DNA of 63,864 nucleotides, counting the filler, from Reclinomonas americana ATCC 50394 (lineage: Eukaryota), in the NCBI GenBank assembly GCA_048213135.1. It is 7 parts of 3 records of this genome, joined end to end, with 100 filler letters (N's around TTAATTAATTAA, not from the genome) between each part and the next. Parts side by side here need not be neighbours in the genome. Positions count along the whole stretch, not along the records: positions 35,099 to 45,052 come from PS015300.1; positions 45,153 to 52,435 come from PS015300.1; 5 more parts are not named here. The stretch is one strand, 5' to 3'. A program made the translations under genes and the position numbers. The notes under the pieces are model-generated. The model made no database searches. It saw nothing but the letters and a program-made list of their open reading frames with translations, and was not told the DNA's origin. Shown piece by piece: positions 40,825 to 51,580 of this stretch. Position 1 is the stretch's first letter. Each line of letters begins with the position of its first letter.

Positions 40825-41077
40825 GCAAGAGTCCGAACAATCTGCGGTATTGGCCTGTCGTGTTTCCAGACACGCGGCTCTCGTCAACACAACACTGACT
40901 GCACCTGTGATTGACTCGTGCTGAGTGTGTGTGCACGCACCACACTCTCCAGGCTGCCACTGAAGAAACGGCGAGTGTGCGCGCGTGCGCCGTCTCTGTG
41001 AAATCGCGCGAAGTCGAACATGGCAAATTTCACTCTCACCTGCGCCCCGCTCCGCACACACACACACACGCGCGCAG

Positions 41078-42587
41078 ATGCAAGCGCCGGCCATTCAGCT
41101 TGACGTGCTGGAGACGGTGCTTGGCGACAGTCGCCTGCACCTGCCTCCTCTTGAGCGCGACACCGGCAATGCCACCTCGTCGTCATCTCTGTCCGCGGGT
41201 GCGCGACCCTCAAAACGCTCTCCCACCGCCGCCGCTGCCGCCACTGCTGGAGGTTCTCCTGTGCCACTAACGGGCATCTCACTGAGTCCACTCTCTGCGG
41301 GCGGCAGCGGCGACATGATCACGGTGATTTCACCGTCAGACCGTGATCGTGTGGGAAGGCGAGAGGCTGCTTCTGGTGCTCCTCCGCCTCGCAGACCAGC
41401 ACGCTCAGGTACGCGCGTGCCTCTCCCTCCTCTCTCTCTCTCTCTCTCACTCTCCACTCCACTCCTCTTGCGGTGTTCCATTCAACATTGATGGGCGAGT
41501 CGCGCAGTGTCGCCCATGGATCACTTGCGTTCGTTAATGGCGGCGGCGCCTTCATCATCCTCCGGCAAGATGCCACCGCGCAGTGAGCACACAAGTCCGC
41601 GGAATGAGCGAGGTGGTGGTGGCGGTGGTGGTGGTGCGGTGGGTGGCAAGCCGGGAGCGCTGCGTTCAGGCCGAGTGGCGCCCATGCCGACTGCGATTGA
41701 AGACGAAACGCGGGTTTCGTACCTCGTGTGCTGCTGGCAAAGTATATGGGGGTTTTTCCTCACACTTGCTGGTTGGTGGGCAGTTTACGCTGGAGGCCGC
41801 GGCACAGAAACTGGTGGTGGCACCGTCGATGGAGATGCATGGTCTGAGCGATCAGGATACGCGGGCAGTGGTGGACCGGCGTGCCTACTTGCGGTCGCTG
41901 CGCACGATTGAAAGCGACGCCACCATGTCCTCCATGTATCTCGACGCACCACGTCTGCCGCTGTCGCTGTCGTCGTCCGACTCGTCACGAGGGTCGTCAC
42001 CACGGCGGGCTGGTCAGCAGGGCGACGTGAAGATGATCAAGGGCGGCTACACGGCACACGCCGACGACCTCGGTATGCGGCTGTGGGAGCGTGTGGAGAA
42101 GCGCAAGAACGGCAATCTCCCGGCTCCCGGTGGCGCCGGCAAGTCTGCGCCTTCGCCGCCCACAGAATCGTCACTGTTGTTGCGTTGCGCCGTCCCCGTG
42201 TCGCCCGCATCACTGGAGGGGAAAGCTAATATATCTGCAGTGCTGCTACTCGACTGGCGCCAGTGGACTGCCCAGCAGGCTCGCCGACAGCGACCACGGA
42301 GGTCAGCCCTGTGGCCGGTCGTCGATCACGGACACGCTCACCGCAACCCATGCCGGTGGGTCGTCGATCGCCTTCGTCCTCAACAACAACAGGAGCAACC
42401 GCGACGCAGCAGCAGCAACAACAACAACTGGTCCAGCCCGCCGGCTCATGTTGCGTTGCTTGACGTGCCGTGCGGCCGCTTGTTGCCGGTAGCTCACCTT
42501 TATTGCCTCCCCAGTGTACGCTGCTCGACGTGCCCCCCTGGCCGAAGTCGACGAACGGTGATCGTCCGGCGCGCCTGCACTGCTTAA
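41078..42587 (+). CDS. Hypothetical S/P/G-rich protein (multi-exon)
   Basis: GC3-rich exons at ~41078-41408, 41507-41712, 41784-42175 and 42263-42449 bounded by GT/AG; no family recognised. Confidence 0.45.
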
Positions 42588-42670
42588 TCATTGTGCAGTC
42601 GTCGTTTGTGTGTTGTCCTTCGNNNNNNNNNNNNNNNNNNNNNNNNNNNNNNNNNNNNNNNNNNNNNNNN

Positions 42671-45040
42671 AGGAGTGTGGAAGAGGGGGAGGGGCGAGAG
42701 TGCGAACCGCGGCCGATGCGTCGCGCAGTCGGGCGATCACTGGCAGTGGGATCGAGTAGCTTTGTGCTGGAGACTCGATCTCTGACGTGTCGAAGCAGAC
42801 GATGATGCACCCGTCGCTGATGAACAGCAGTGGGCGAGAGAGCGCCTTGGCCACGAGATTGAGACGCTGTGATTGATTGATGAGTGAGTGAGCGAGAATC
42901 ATCACGCTGCGAGTGGATGCGTGAGTTGTCCATGCGCATGTGCTTGCGCACCCACAGTGGTGGTCGTGGTGAATTGGGGCCGAGATGTGAGGCGTACACA
43001 CGATTGCAGGCCAAGCCAATGGTGTCAACAGCACGTTCCGATCGCCACGGTCGTTGAATGTGACGCGACCACAAGGGCGTCGCTCCCCCACCAGTTCGCA
43101 TTTCGATTCTCCCACCCTTACACTTGATTACGCANNNNNNNNNNNNNNNNNNNNNNNNNNNNNNNNNNNNNNNNNNNNNNNNNNNNNNNNNNNNNNNNNN
43201 NNNNNNNNNNNNNNNNNNNNNNNNNNNNNNNNNNNNNNNNNNNNNNNNNNNNNNNNNNNNNNNNNNNNNNNNNNNNNNNNNNNNNNNNNNNNNNNNNNNN
43301 NNNNNNNNNNNNNNNNNNNNNNNNNNNNNNNNNNNNNNNNNNNNNNNNNNNNNNNNNNNNNNNNNNNNNNNNNNNNNNNNNNNNNNNNNNNNNNNNNNNN
43401 NNNNNNNNNNNNNNNNNNNNNNNNNNNNNNNNNNNNNNNNNNNNNNNNNNNNNNNNNNNNNNNNNNNNNNNNNNNNNNNNNNNNNNNNNNNNNNNNNNNN
43501 NNNNNNNNNNNNNNNNNNNNNNNNNNNNNNNNNNNNNNNNNNNNNNNNNNNNNNNNNNNNNNNNNNNNNNNNNNNNNNNNNNTGCAAAGGGGAAAGAGTA
43601 GAGGCAACCGCTCACGCAACGCGGCAACATCATCGACCGCATGCGGTCCACATACATGCACGCCAGCTCCCGCAACTCGTGGTCCAACAGGAACAAGTCT
43701 GTGGGTGGCAAGTGAGGGCATGCTCAACCTTTGGGCAATCAGCGTGGAAATCATCACGCAACGCGATTTCGAGCAACACAGAACGAGGTTCTCCGGATCG
43801 ACACCATGTGATGGCGCAGCTCTGAGCGACTCAGTGAGGGGCAAGTCATTTCCCGTCAAACTCGATGAGTCGAGTACGCAACTCGGGCGGAGGTGGAGAA
43901 GCAGCGGCGGCGGAGCCCGACGCGACTCCGTCAACAACAACAGAGCTCGAATCATCAGCAGCCGGTATTCTCTCTCGCTGTGATCCACTGCCATCACTGT
44001 CGCCGTCCTCGCCATCCGCTCTGCCGTCAACTTGCCCAGCTCCATCCTCCCTCATTTCGCCGTCCACCTCCTCATCTTCCTCACCATCATCGTCGTCGTC
44101 GTCCGCATCACCGTCCGCGCGATCGCCATCAGCCACCCGTCCACCACCTGCATCGCCGTCATCACTTTCCTCCTCCTCTTCCTCCTCCTCACCGCTCTCC
44201 ACGCCATCTTCGATCGAGTCGTCGAGCTCTTCCTCGCGGAGCATCGCCGGAGTACGCAACGCGTGTGAGGTGAGGAGACCGTTGATCACCACGAGCCAGA
44301 ATCGCTGATGCGCACTGCAACACGAGTGCTGTCAGTCAACTGCACGCATACGTGTCGACGCTGGCACGCACCGTGGTATCCGCATGATGCTGCTTCGTTT
44401 CAACCATCGCACAGACCACAACCTGCAGTGCAGTGCACTCGACTGCTCAGAAACAAACGCGCTTGAAAACGAAATACAGAGCGATCGCGAACCATTCGGT
44501 GGATACGGTGGCCGACACCACACAGGCGTTGCTGCGATCAGCAGTCTTCCACACTCGCACCGAGCTGTCGATGCTGCAGGAGACCAAGAAGGAACCGTCC
44601 GGCAGCACGTCTGCGAGGGGAGTGAGCGGCAACGCACACTCCTTTATCACAGAAGAAGCACAGACACACCGATGCATGGCACGTTATGAGCGTGACCGCG
44701 CAACACGCTGCCGCGTTGTGTGCCGCTCACAAGATCGTGACAAGTGATAGTCCACTCGTTCGAGCCGGCGGCCACGAACGCCCCAACCGGACTGCAGCAC
44801 AGCGACCAGGCCGACTTGGGCTCTCTGTTGTGCGACACTCGCGATGAGACAACGGCACTGTGTGGGACGCGATCCCACGAAAAGCCCCTCGCAACTGGAC
44901 AACCACGGGCGCAGCTGTCTCGAGACTGCCGATGAAATGAATGCTGACAAGACCCGCATCGTCGGCCACCATCAGAATCTCCTCGCCGTGCACGAAGCCC
45001 GTGCGCAGATAGTTGACATCCTGTCACACACCGCCACGTG
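42671..45040 (-). CDS. WD40-type protein, CRT10-like, with an internal acidic tract (gapped, exon order possibly scrambled)
   Basis: VNYLRTGFVHGEEILMVADDAGLVSIH, KSAWSLCCSP..FVAAGSNEWTIT, LRGHAHNVPCI, LPDGSFLVSCSIDSSVRVW; D/E tract at 43990-44250. Confidence 0.55.
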
Positions 45041-45212
45041 AGAATCGCATAGNNNNNNNNNNNNNNNNNNNNNNNNNNNNNNNNNNNNNNNNNNNNTTAA
45101 TTAATTAANNNNNNNNNNNNNNNNNNNNNNNNNNNNNNNNNNNNNNNNNNNNCGGGGAAGGAATGAACATGACACTGACACTGCCAAACGAATAGGCGGT
45201 AACCTACGGGTG

Positions 45213-45251
<39 letters not shown>

Positions 45252-45269
45252 CAGAGGGCAGTCGTGGCC

Positions 45270-47606
45270 AACAGACGAGCGAGCCCACGAAACACACCGA
45301 CGACGGTGAAGAAGAGCGAGCCGGTGCGGTTCTGTACATCGACCTCGTCGTAGCCTAGCCGCAGGAACACCAGACCGAGGCTGTGCAATAGCAAATGATT
45401 GAGCATGAGCCGAGCCGGTGGTGATCTTCACAGCGCGAGTGCACGCAACAGCAGCGAGATGAACAGGTACTGCATGATTGTGCCCTTGAAGTGCAGCGGT
45501 TCACTGTGTGGGTGCGGAGATGAGACAATGGAGAAGTGAGGGAGAAAGGCGTAGGCGCACGCGCGACGCAACCGCCAAGCATCCAGGAAGCCGCGACGGA
45601 CCAGAATCGAGTACTGGTTGATGAAATTGGCGCGCGACTTTTTCAGCTTGTTGAGGTCCACCTCCTTTGGAGCTGGTGGTGCTTCCACGGAGCGCACATA
45701 GTACGGCGAATCGCGGAACGACTGGGCGAGCTGTCGCGCTGTGGATGTGGCATGCTCGAATTGATTTATCGGCATGTCGTCCAACTCGTTGTGCTGCTCA
45801 TGTCGATGCTCGCCGTGAACCACGGCCATGAGGTACTCCACTGGGTTCTCGAGGTCCGGCATTGGGTAGCCTGGATTTATGGAGGGGGCAGCATGCGCAG
45901 TGAGTGCGACAAATGCAGAGGGGAGCTGCGAAAAGGGGAGGGGAATGGAGTACCGAGCGCGGCAAAGTAGTCTGCCACCTCTGGCTGCGGGCCGAAGTAC
46001 ATGGTTTCACTGCGTGCCAGCAACACGTAATTGTCGAAGAGCGAGAAAATGTCGGCACTCGGCTGGTGAATGGTGAGAACAACTGTGCCTGTGGTGGTGC
46101 ACGAGATAGATGAGGAACGGGCGCACGGCGGCGACAGCGGCGGCGGCGGAACACACGAAACGATTCTTGTGGCGCGCCAGCTGCTGCAGCGTCTCCACAA
46201 TGCTGAGGGCGGTGAAGGAATCGAGACCCTACATCGCACGGGGGGAGTGAGGGACGGGGGAGGATGTTCAGGAGTAGCAATCGTAGCTGACCGAAGTCTG
46301 TTCATGATGGGGGAGGAACAGTGAGTGGAGTGAATGGAAACAAGAGAATAAAACGGGGGGAGCGTCACGCAACAGGCTCATCCAAGAACACCAACGCCGG
46401 CTCCGACAACAGCTCCATGCCAATGGCACTGTGTTGAAGAGAGAGAGAAATCAGAGAAAAGTGCAAGACCATAACCAGGTGGAGTGTGTGGCGCGACGCA
46501 ACAGACGCTTGCGTTCACCACCAGAGAGACCGCCCTGAATGCCACTGTTGGCCGCGTCCACTCCCACATAACTGCAGCGCAGTTGATTAATTCATACGTG
46601 CCACTGCGGCAACAAATAGCCATTAGCAACGCACCCCGTCACTGTGTCGGCGCACGACTGCAAGCCGAGCTCCTCAATAATGCCGGCCACCTGCGATACA
46701 GTCAGCGCCGAATCCGCATCCAGTGTGAGAAAATCGACTCGACGCAACTCGTTCCTCCTTCTCCTTCTTTGACACCGAGTCGGCGAGTTCGAGATCGGCC
46801 GCAAACCGCAGTGCCTCGCGTGGTGTCTGTGTGCCAACCAGTCAGTGAAAGGAAACATGAAGAGCGGTCGTGTGCGCACGAACCAGAGTGCCCATGAGCA
46901 CGTCTTCCTGCGACACAAAGCCCGCCACACGATGCAACTCCGTCGGCGACACTTGCACACCGTTGAGGCGAATGGCGCCCGAAAGCTGGCCTGCACGATG
47001 ACGACGACAAAAGTTTTTCAGGCCACCGAATGACCACCGACACACTGATCAGCACCGACCTTTGCCTTCCAGCTGACCCGCCAGCACCTTCATCAGCGAC
47101 GTCTTGCCTGTAGTGGAGTGTCACCACACACAAGAAGAAAAACGAGCGCGAGTGTCTAGGGGGAAGAGCAAACCAACCTGCACCACTCGGTCCAGTAATG
47201 GCAGTGATCGTTCCTGGCTGACACACACCCGACACGTTGCGCAGAATGTACTTGGTGGGCTCCGCACTGCCCTCGGGCATCGGCACGCCCAAGCACACGT
47301 CTTCCCATTCCAACTGGCGAATGAACGCATCGTCGTCATGATTGTGTCACAAAAGAGAATTTCGCGACCGGAGTCTTGTGTTACCTGCACACGCGCGACA
47401 GTGGCGCTGCTCATGAGGAAGCTCGAGGACATGCGTCCACGTGAGCTGCTGTGACGCATGAGTCGGCCACCCGAGGGAGTTCTCGCGACTGGCGTCACTT
47501 CTCCATCGCCACCAATGACAGCAACAGGTCCACTGTGTGCGGGATCGCCCAGCTGCACAGGCTCCGGTGCGAAGCGCGTGCTGCGAGTCGAGTGCGTCGC
47601 AGCCAT
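45270..47606 (-). CDS. ABCG (White-like) transporter, NBD plus start of the TMD (3' truncated at a linker)
   Basis: ILRNVSG, Walker A GPSGAG|KTSL, GFVSQEDVLMGTL, signature LSGGERKR, VFLDEP|TS|GLDSFTA, TIHQPS, NPVEYL, QYSILVRRGFLDAWR. Confidence 0.95.
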
Positions 47607-48005
47607 CGCTCCTTCGCCGTTCTGTGATGATGACTTGAAAAGAAATGCTCGCGGCCGCGGAGTCGGCGCCGAATTTGGCGATGTCGGCGCGCGACGCATT
47701 GGGCCCCGGGAGGACGATTCGCAACGGGCGTCTTGTGCCCTTTGTGTATGCATGCGCTCTGCCGCGGTCCAGAGAGAGGCAACATGAGCGTTGTGAATCG
47801 CGCGCGCGCGGTTTTGTCGACGTCGACATGTACCAAAACATGTGTGAAGTTGCGCTGCCATCACGTATCGCTCTGCTCCTTTTCCCCTCTCGCTCTCCCT
47901 TCGATCTCTATCGACGCACTTGCCGATCCACGGACCTGTTCGCTCGTCATTGCATTCCACCATTCCGATCGGCCGACCTACTTTCATCACACTCAGAAAT
48001 AAGCA

Positions 48006-48937
48006 ATGGCGACCCGCGGACGTGCTGGTGCGACAGGCAACAAGTTCCGGTGAGTATATAGCGGCGTGTCGTGATGAACAGGGCAATGATGGAATCAGTG
48101 GGAGGAAGAAGAGAGGAAAGGGGGGAGTGCTGCTGCACATGAATGTCCAGTGAGACATGCGCCCCTCGCCTGCCCACCCACTGTCGTGTGCGTGTGTGCG
48201 TGTGTGTGTCTGTACAGAGTTGCTCTCGGTCTGCCAGTGGCTGCAGTCATGAACTGCGCCGGTGAGTGCTTACTCTGTGTGTGTGCGCGCGTCTTGTGAG
48301 TGTGCATGTCGATCGCTCACGCCGCCTTTCCCTCTCTGTGTCTCTGTGTGCAGACAACACTGGTGCGCGCAACCTCTACATCATTGCCGTGAAGTGCATC
48401 AAGGGCCGCTTGAACCGCCTCCCGGCCGCCTCACCTGTTGCGTCTTTCTCTCTCTCTCTCATGTGATTGATTCGTGTGCCAGAGCCACTCACTCACCACT
48501 CGCACGCGTGTGTGTTGCTGTGTTGCGTAGGGCGACATGATTGTGTGCTCGGTCAAGAAGGGCAAGCCCGATCTCCGTAAGAAGGGTGCGCTGGTTGTGC
48601 ATGTCTCGAGAAGAGTGCGCCATGTGCTGCCACCCGCCCGCTCACTCTCTCCTCCTCAGTCATGTTGGGCGTGGTCATCCGCCAGCGCAAGTCGTGGCGC
48701 CGGTTCGATGGCACCACCATCTACTTTGAGGGTGTGTATGAAATCGCTTGCCTATGTCCTTGTCGTGTTGAGCAGAGTCATGACGTACCCTCCCCCGCTT
48801 CGTGTCACGCAGACAATGCTGGTGTGATTGTCAACAACAAGGGTGAGATGAAGGGGTCGGCCATCACTGGCCCGGTGGCGAAGGAGTGCGCCGAGATCTG
48901 GCCGCGTATCGCTGCCAACTCCAGCGCTGTCGTGTAA
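48006..48937 (+). CDS. RPL23: 60S ribosomal protein L23 (uL14), 6 exons
   Basis: [40 protein letters not shown]...[39 protein letters not shown]...[37 protein letters not shown]. Confidence 0.98.
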
Positions 48938-49149
48938 TGCGGCCTCACTTCGTACCATTGCCTGTCACACAAGTCGCTGTTGCTTACTCTTAAAAAATCC
49001 CATTGCGGCACTTGATCGGGTTGTGGTTTGCTGTTGTTGTTGTCGTGCATGCGTACGTACGCGTGTGCTCCCATCACCAGTGCCAGTCGGCGACGACAAG
49101 TCGATTGTCAAGTCTGTGGACTGCGTTTCCTTTGTTGCTCGTTTTACTC

Positions 49150-50179
49150 TCAACGCCCCGTAGCAATGCTGTTCATGGTCTCCTTGAGCCACTGGATGAA
49201 CGGCTTGCTGCTTTCGGGATTGGGAGCGAGTGACGATGACGGCGCCGCCGATCCACTGCCCTCGCCCTCGCCCGGCGGTGCAGCGTATCGTTGCAGAATG
49301 CGATCCTTGAGCTTTTGCAGTGTCCTTGCGTCTGTGAGGCACGCACACACACAAAGTGAGACTTTTGCAGAGGCAGCCATAAGTGGGGCACGGACGGACA
49401 AACCAGTGGAACCAAAGCCAAGCCGATAGCTGTCGTCGGGTTTGCTGCGCAGCGCCCGTCGACTCCTCTTGGCCGACTCGGGCATATCGGGGTCGTCCTC
49501 GTGCTCCTTGAGCCAGCGTGCGTACGCCTTTTGATCGAGCTTCTCATTGGCGGCATCCTCGACCGCATCGCGCACAAAGTGGAAGATGGAGCGCAGATAG
49601 ACGAGAATGCTCATGAAGATGTTCTGGTTGCGCTCCAGATGCCTCTCGTAGACGTGCGCAATGGCCACGGTGCCTTGCGGCGACACCAGTGGATGCCGCA
49701 CATCGCGCGTCAACATGGTCAGCGACGGACACTTGTACGGGTACTCGTCGGGGAACTCCAGGCGGAACTTGTACGCGCCACCCGCAAATGGACCCGCGCG
49801 CACAAACAGAATGCCATCCCACACTATGCACACAGGTGAGAGAGGGGTGAGAGAAGGGTGAGAGAGAGAGAGGGAGAGCAAGGGAGAGCGACGCACCAAA
49901 TGGACGCGTTGCCGATGGAATGACAAAGATGCCGCGTGGCTTGCGCTCCTTGATCTTCTTACTGCGCGTGTGCACACACACCGTGTATGTGAGTGAATGA
50001 GATGGACAGAGAGAGAGCACACCCAAGCACAAACTCAACTACTCAATGAGCAACCGCAATGACGACAACGAGTGCGCCACCGCAGGCGGCAAACCGGCGA
50101 TCGAGTGTGTTGATGGCACACTGCCGGCACCAGGTGGTGAGGCGACTCCACTGCCGGCTGCTCCTTGCTTCGCCGCCAT
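49150..50179 (-). CDS. AKTIP: AKTIP/FTS (crossbronx)-like inactive ubiquitin-conjugating enzyme variant
   Basis: LLIE|YKKIKERKPRGIFVIPS...|VWDGILFVRAGPFAGGAYKFRLEFPDEYP..CP...HPLVSPQG...ILVYLRSIF; UBC fold with no catalytic Cys. Confidence 0.75.
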
Positions 50180-50266
50180 TAATATTACACACACAAACGA
50201 ATTTGCAGAATGGCAAATTTGCCGCTCTCGTGTGAACGTTACTCTTTTGTGTCACTGTGAAGGAGA

Positions 50267-51427
50267 ATGGTGAGTGCTTATACACCCTCACACGCACTCT
50301 GCGTATCCGTGAGTGCATGGGGGGGCGAGGGGAGGGCGGTGAGGTAATGAACGAACACTGACGCGCGCGCGCTCGCGGATATCTCTTTCTCTCTCTGCGC
50401 AGTTGGGCGCACCGACCGTCCTTGCGCGTCGCCTCGAGTCCACCAACTCGACCTCGGTGCTTCGCGATGACCTGGAGGGCGCCGGCCTGCTCTCACCAGT
50501 CGACCAAGTGCACCTGTCGGAGGAGCAGCGACGCGGCATGCGTCGCCTCTTTGTCAAGCTGCTGCTCATCAACTGGCTGCAGACGGCCTACCTCGCCTGC
50601 GCGGTCAGTGTCACGCAGCACGCGTTTGGTGGTCACATCGCCACCTGGCTGCGCAACTGCGTGCCTCTGCGCGCCTCGCTGCTGGCCTTCATTCTCGTCG
50701 TGCCCTTTTCGTGGTCGTTTGGCTGGGAGAACGGCAAATCGCGATGGGTCACCATTCCGCTCCTCACGCTCTTCCTTGGTGCGTTCGGGGCCTTTGCAGC
50801 GGCGTGGAATGCCACCGAGGGCCATCACGTCATTGAAATGAGTTGCGCTCGTGTGTGAGCGAGTCTCATTGCTCGTTGCTCATTGTGGTGTCGCAGCCTT
50901 GTACTTGGTGCTCATTGTGCACACGTCGGTGCTGGTCACGGTGGTGATCCTCGCTCGCTGGTCGATCGTGGCGCACCTGCCGTCCATTCTCACCCTCGTC
51001 GCCGTGGCCATTATCCTGTGCGTCACCAGCGCCATGGTGATTCAGTTCACGCTGCCGTCGGTTTCCATGTACCCTTCGTGGTCGACGTTTGGCTGGAGCC
51101 TGGCCTTTTCGGTGCTGCTCTCGCTCGGTGTGGTGGAGCTGGCGTGCTTTGTCGGCATGATCAGTGAGCCAGACGAGGTTGATCTGGTGGAAGGTGCGTA
51201 CACGGTGACGAAATCGAAGGGGAAAAAGAGAAGCGAGGAAACTGATTGACCGCGCAGCTGCATTCTTGCCGTGGATCGCTCGCTTCAATATCACCGAGTT
51301 CATCTTCTCGTGCATACGCCTGTGCTGCTTGACGGCCGATGATCCGTACTTTGCGCGCCACCACGCTCGCGAATACTCGCCAGTGCCCGGCTCCGGACGC
51401 AAGCTCGGCACGTCGACGGCCCGATAA
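50267..51427 (+). CDS. Polytopic membrane protein, possibly a divergent Bax inhibitor-1/TMBIM family member
   Basis: First coding exon is the ATG alone; RRGMRRLFVKLLLINWLQ is followed by about 6-7 hydrophobic segments; ends EPDEVDLVE|AAFLPWI...IFSCIRL. Confidence 0.5.
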
Positions 51428-51580
51428 GAGAGAAGAGAAAAAGAGAGCGATTTCTCTGCGGTGTAATAGGATAGAAGGAGCGGTACCGCATGGCCAGCCG
51501 GTCTGCGTGTGTGTGTACAGTTTGTTGTTGGCGACTTGTCCTCTCGTCCTTGCAATCACAATCACAGCAAGCAAGTATCG

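Noticed and set aside
46598..46603. Possible second 6-nt microexon (TGGCAC) in ABCG
   Set aside because: It would need 31- and 26-nt introns; a single 63-nt intron keeps the frame and fits the usual size.
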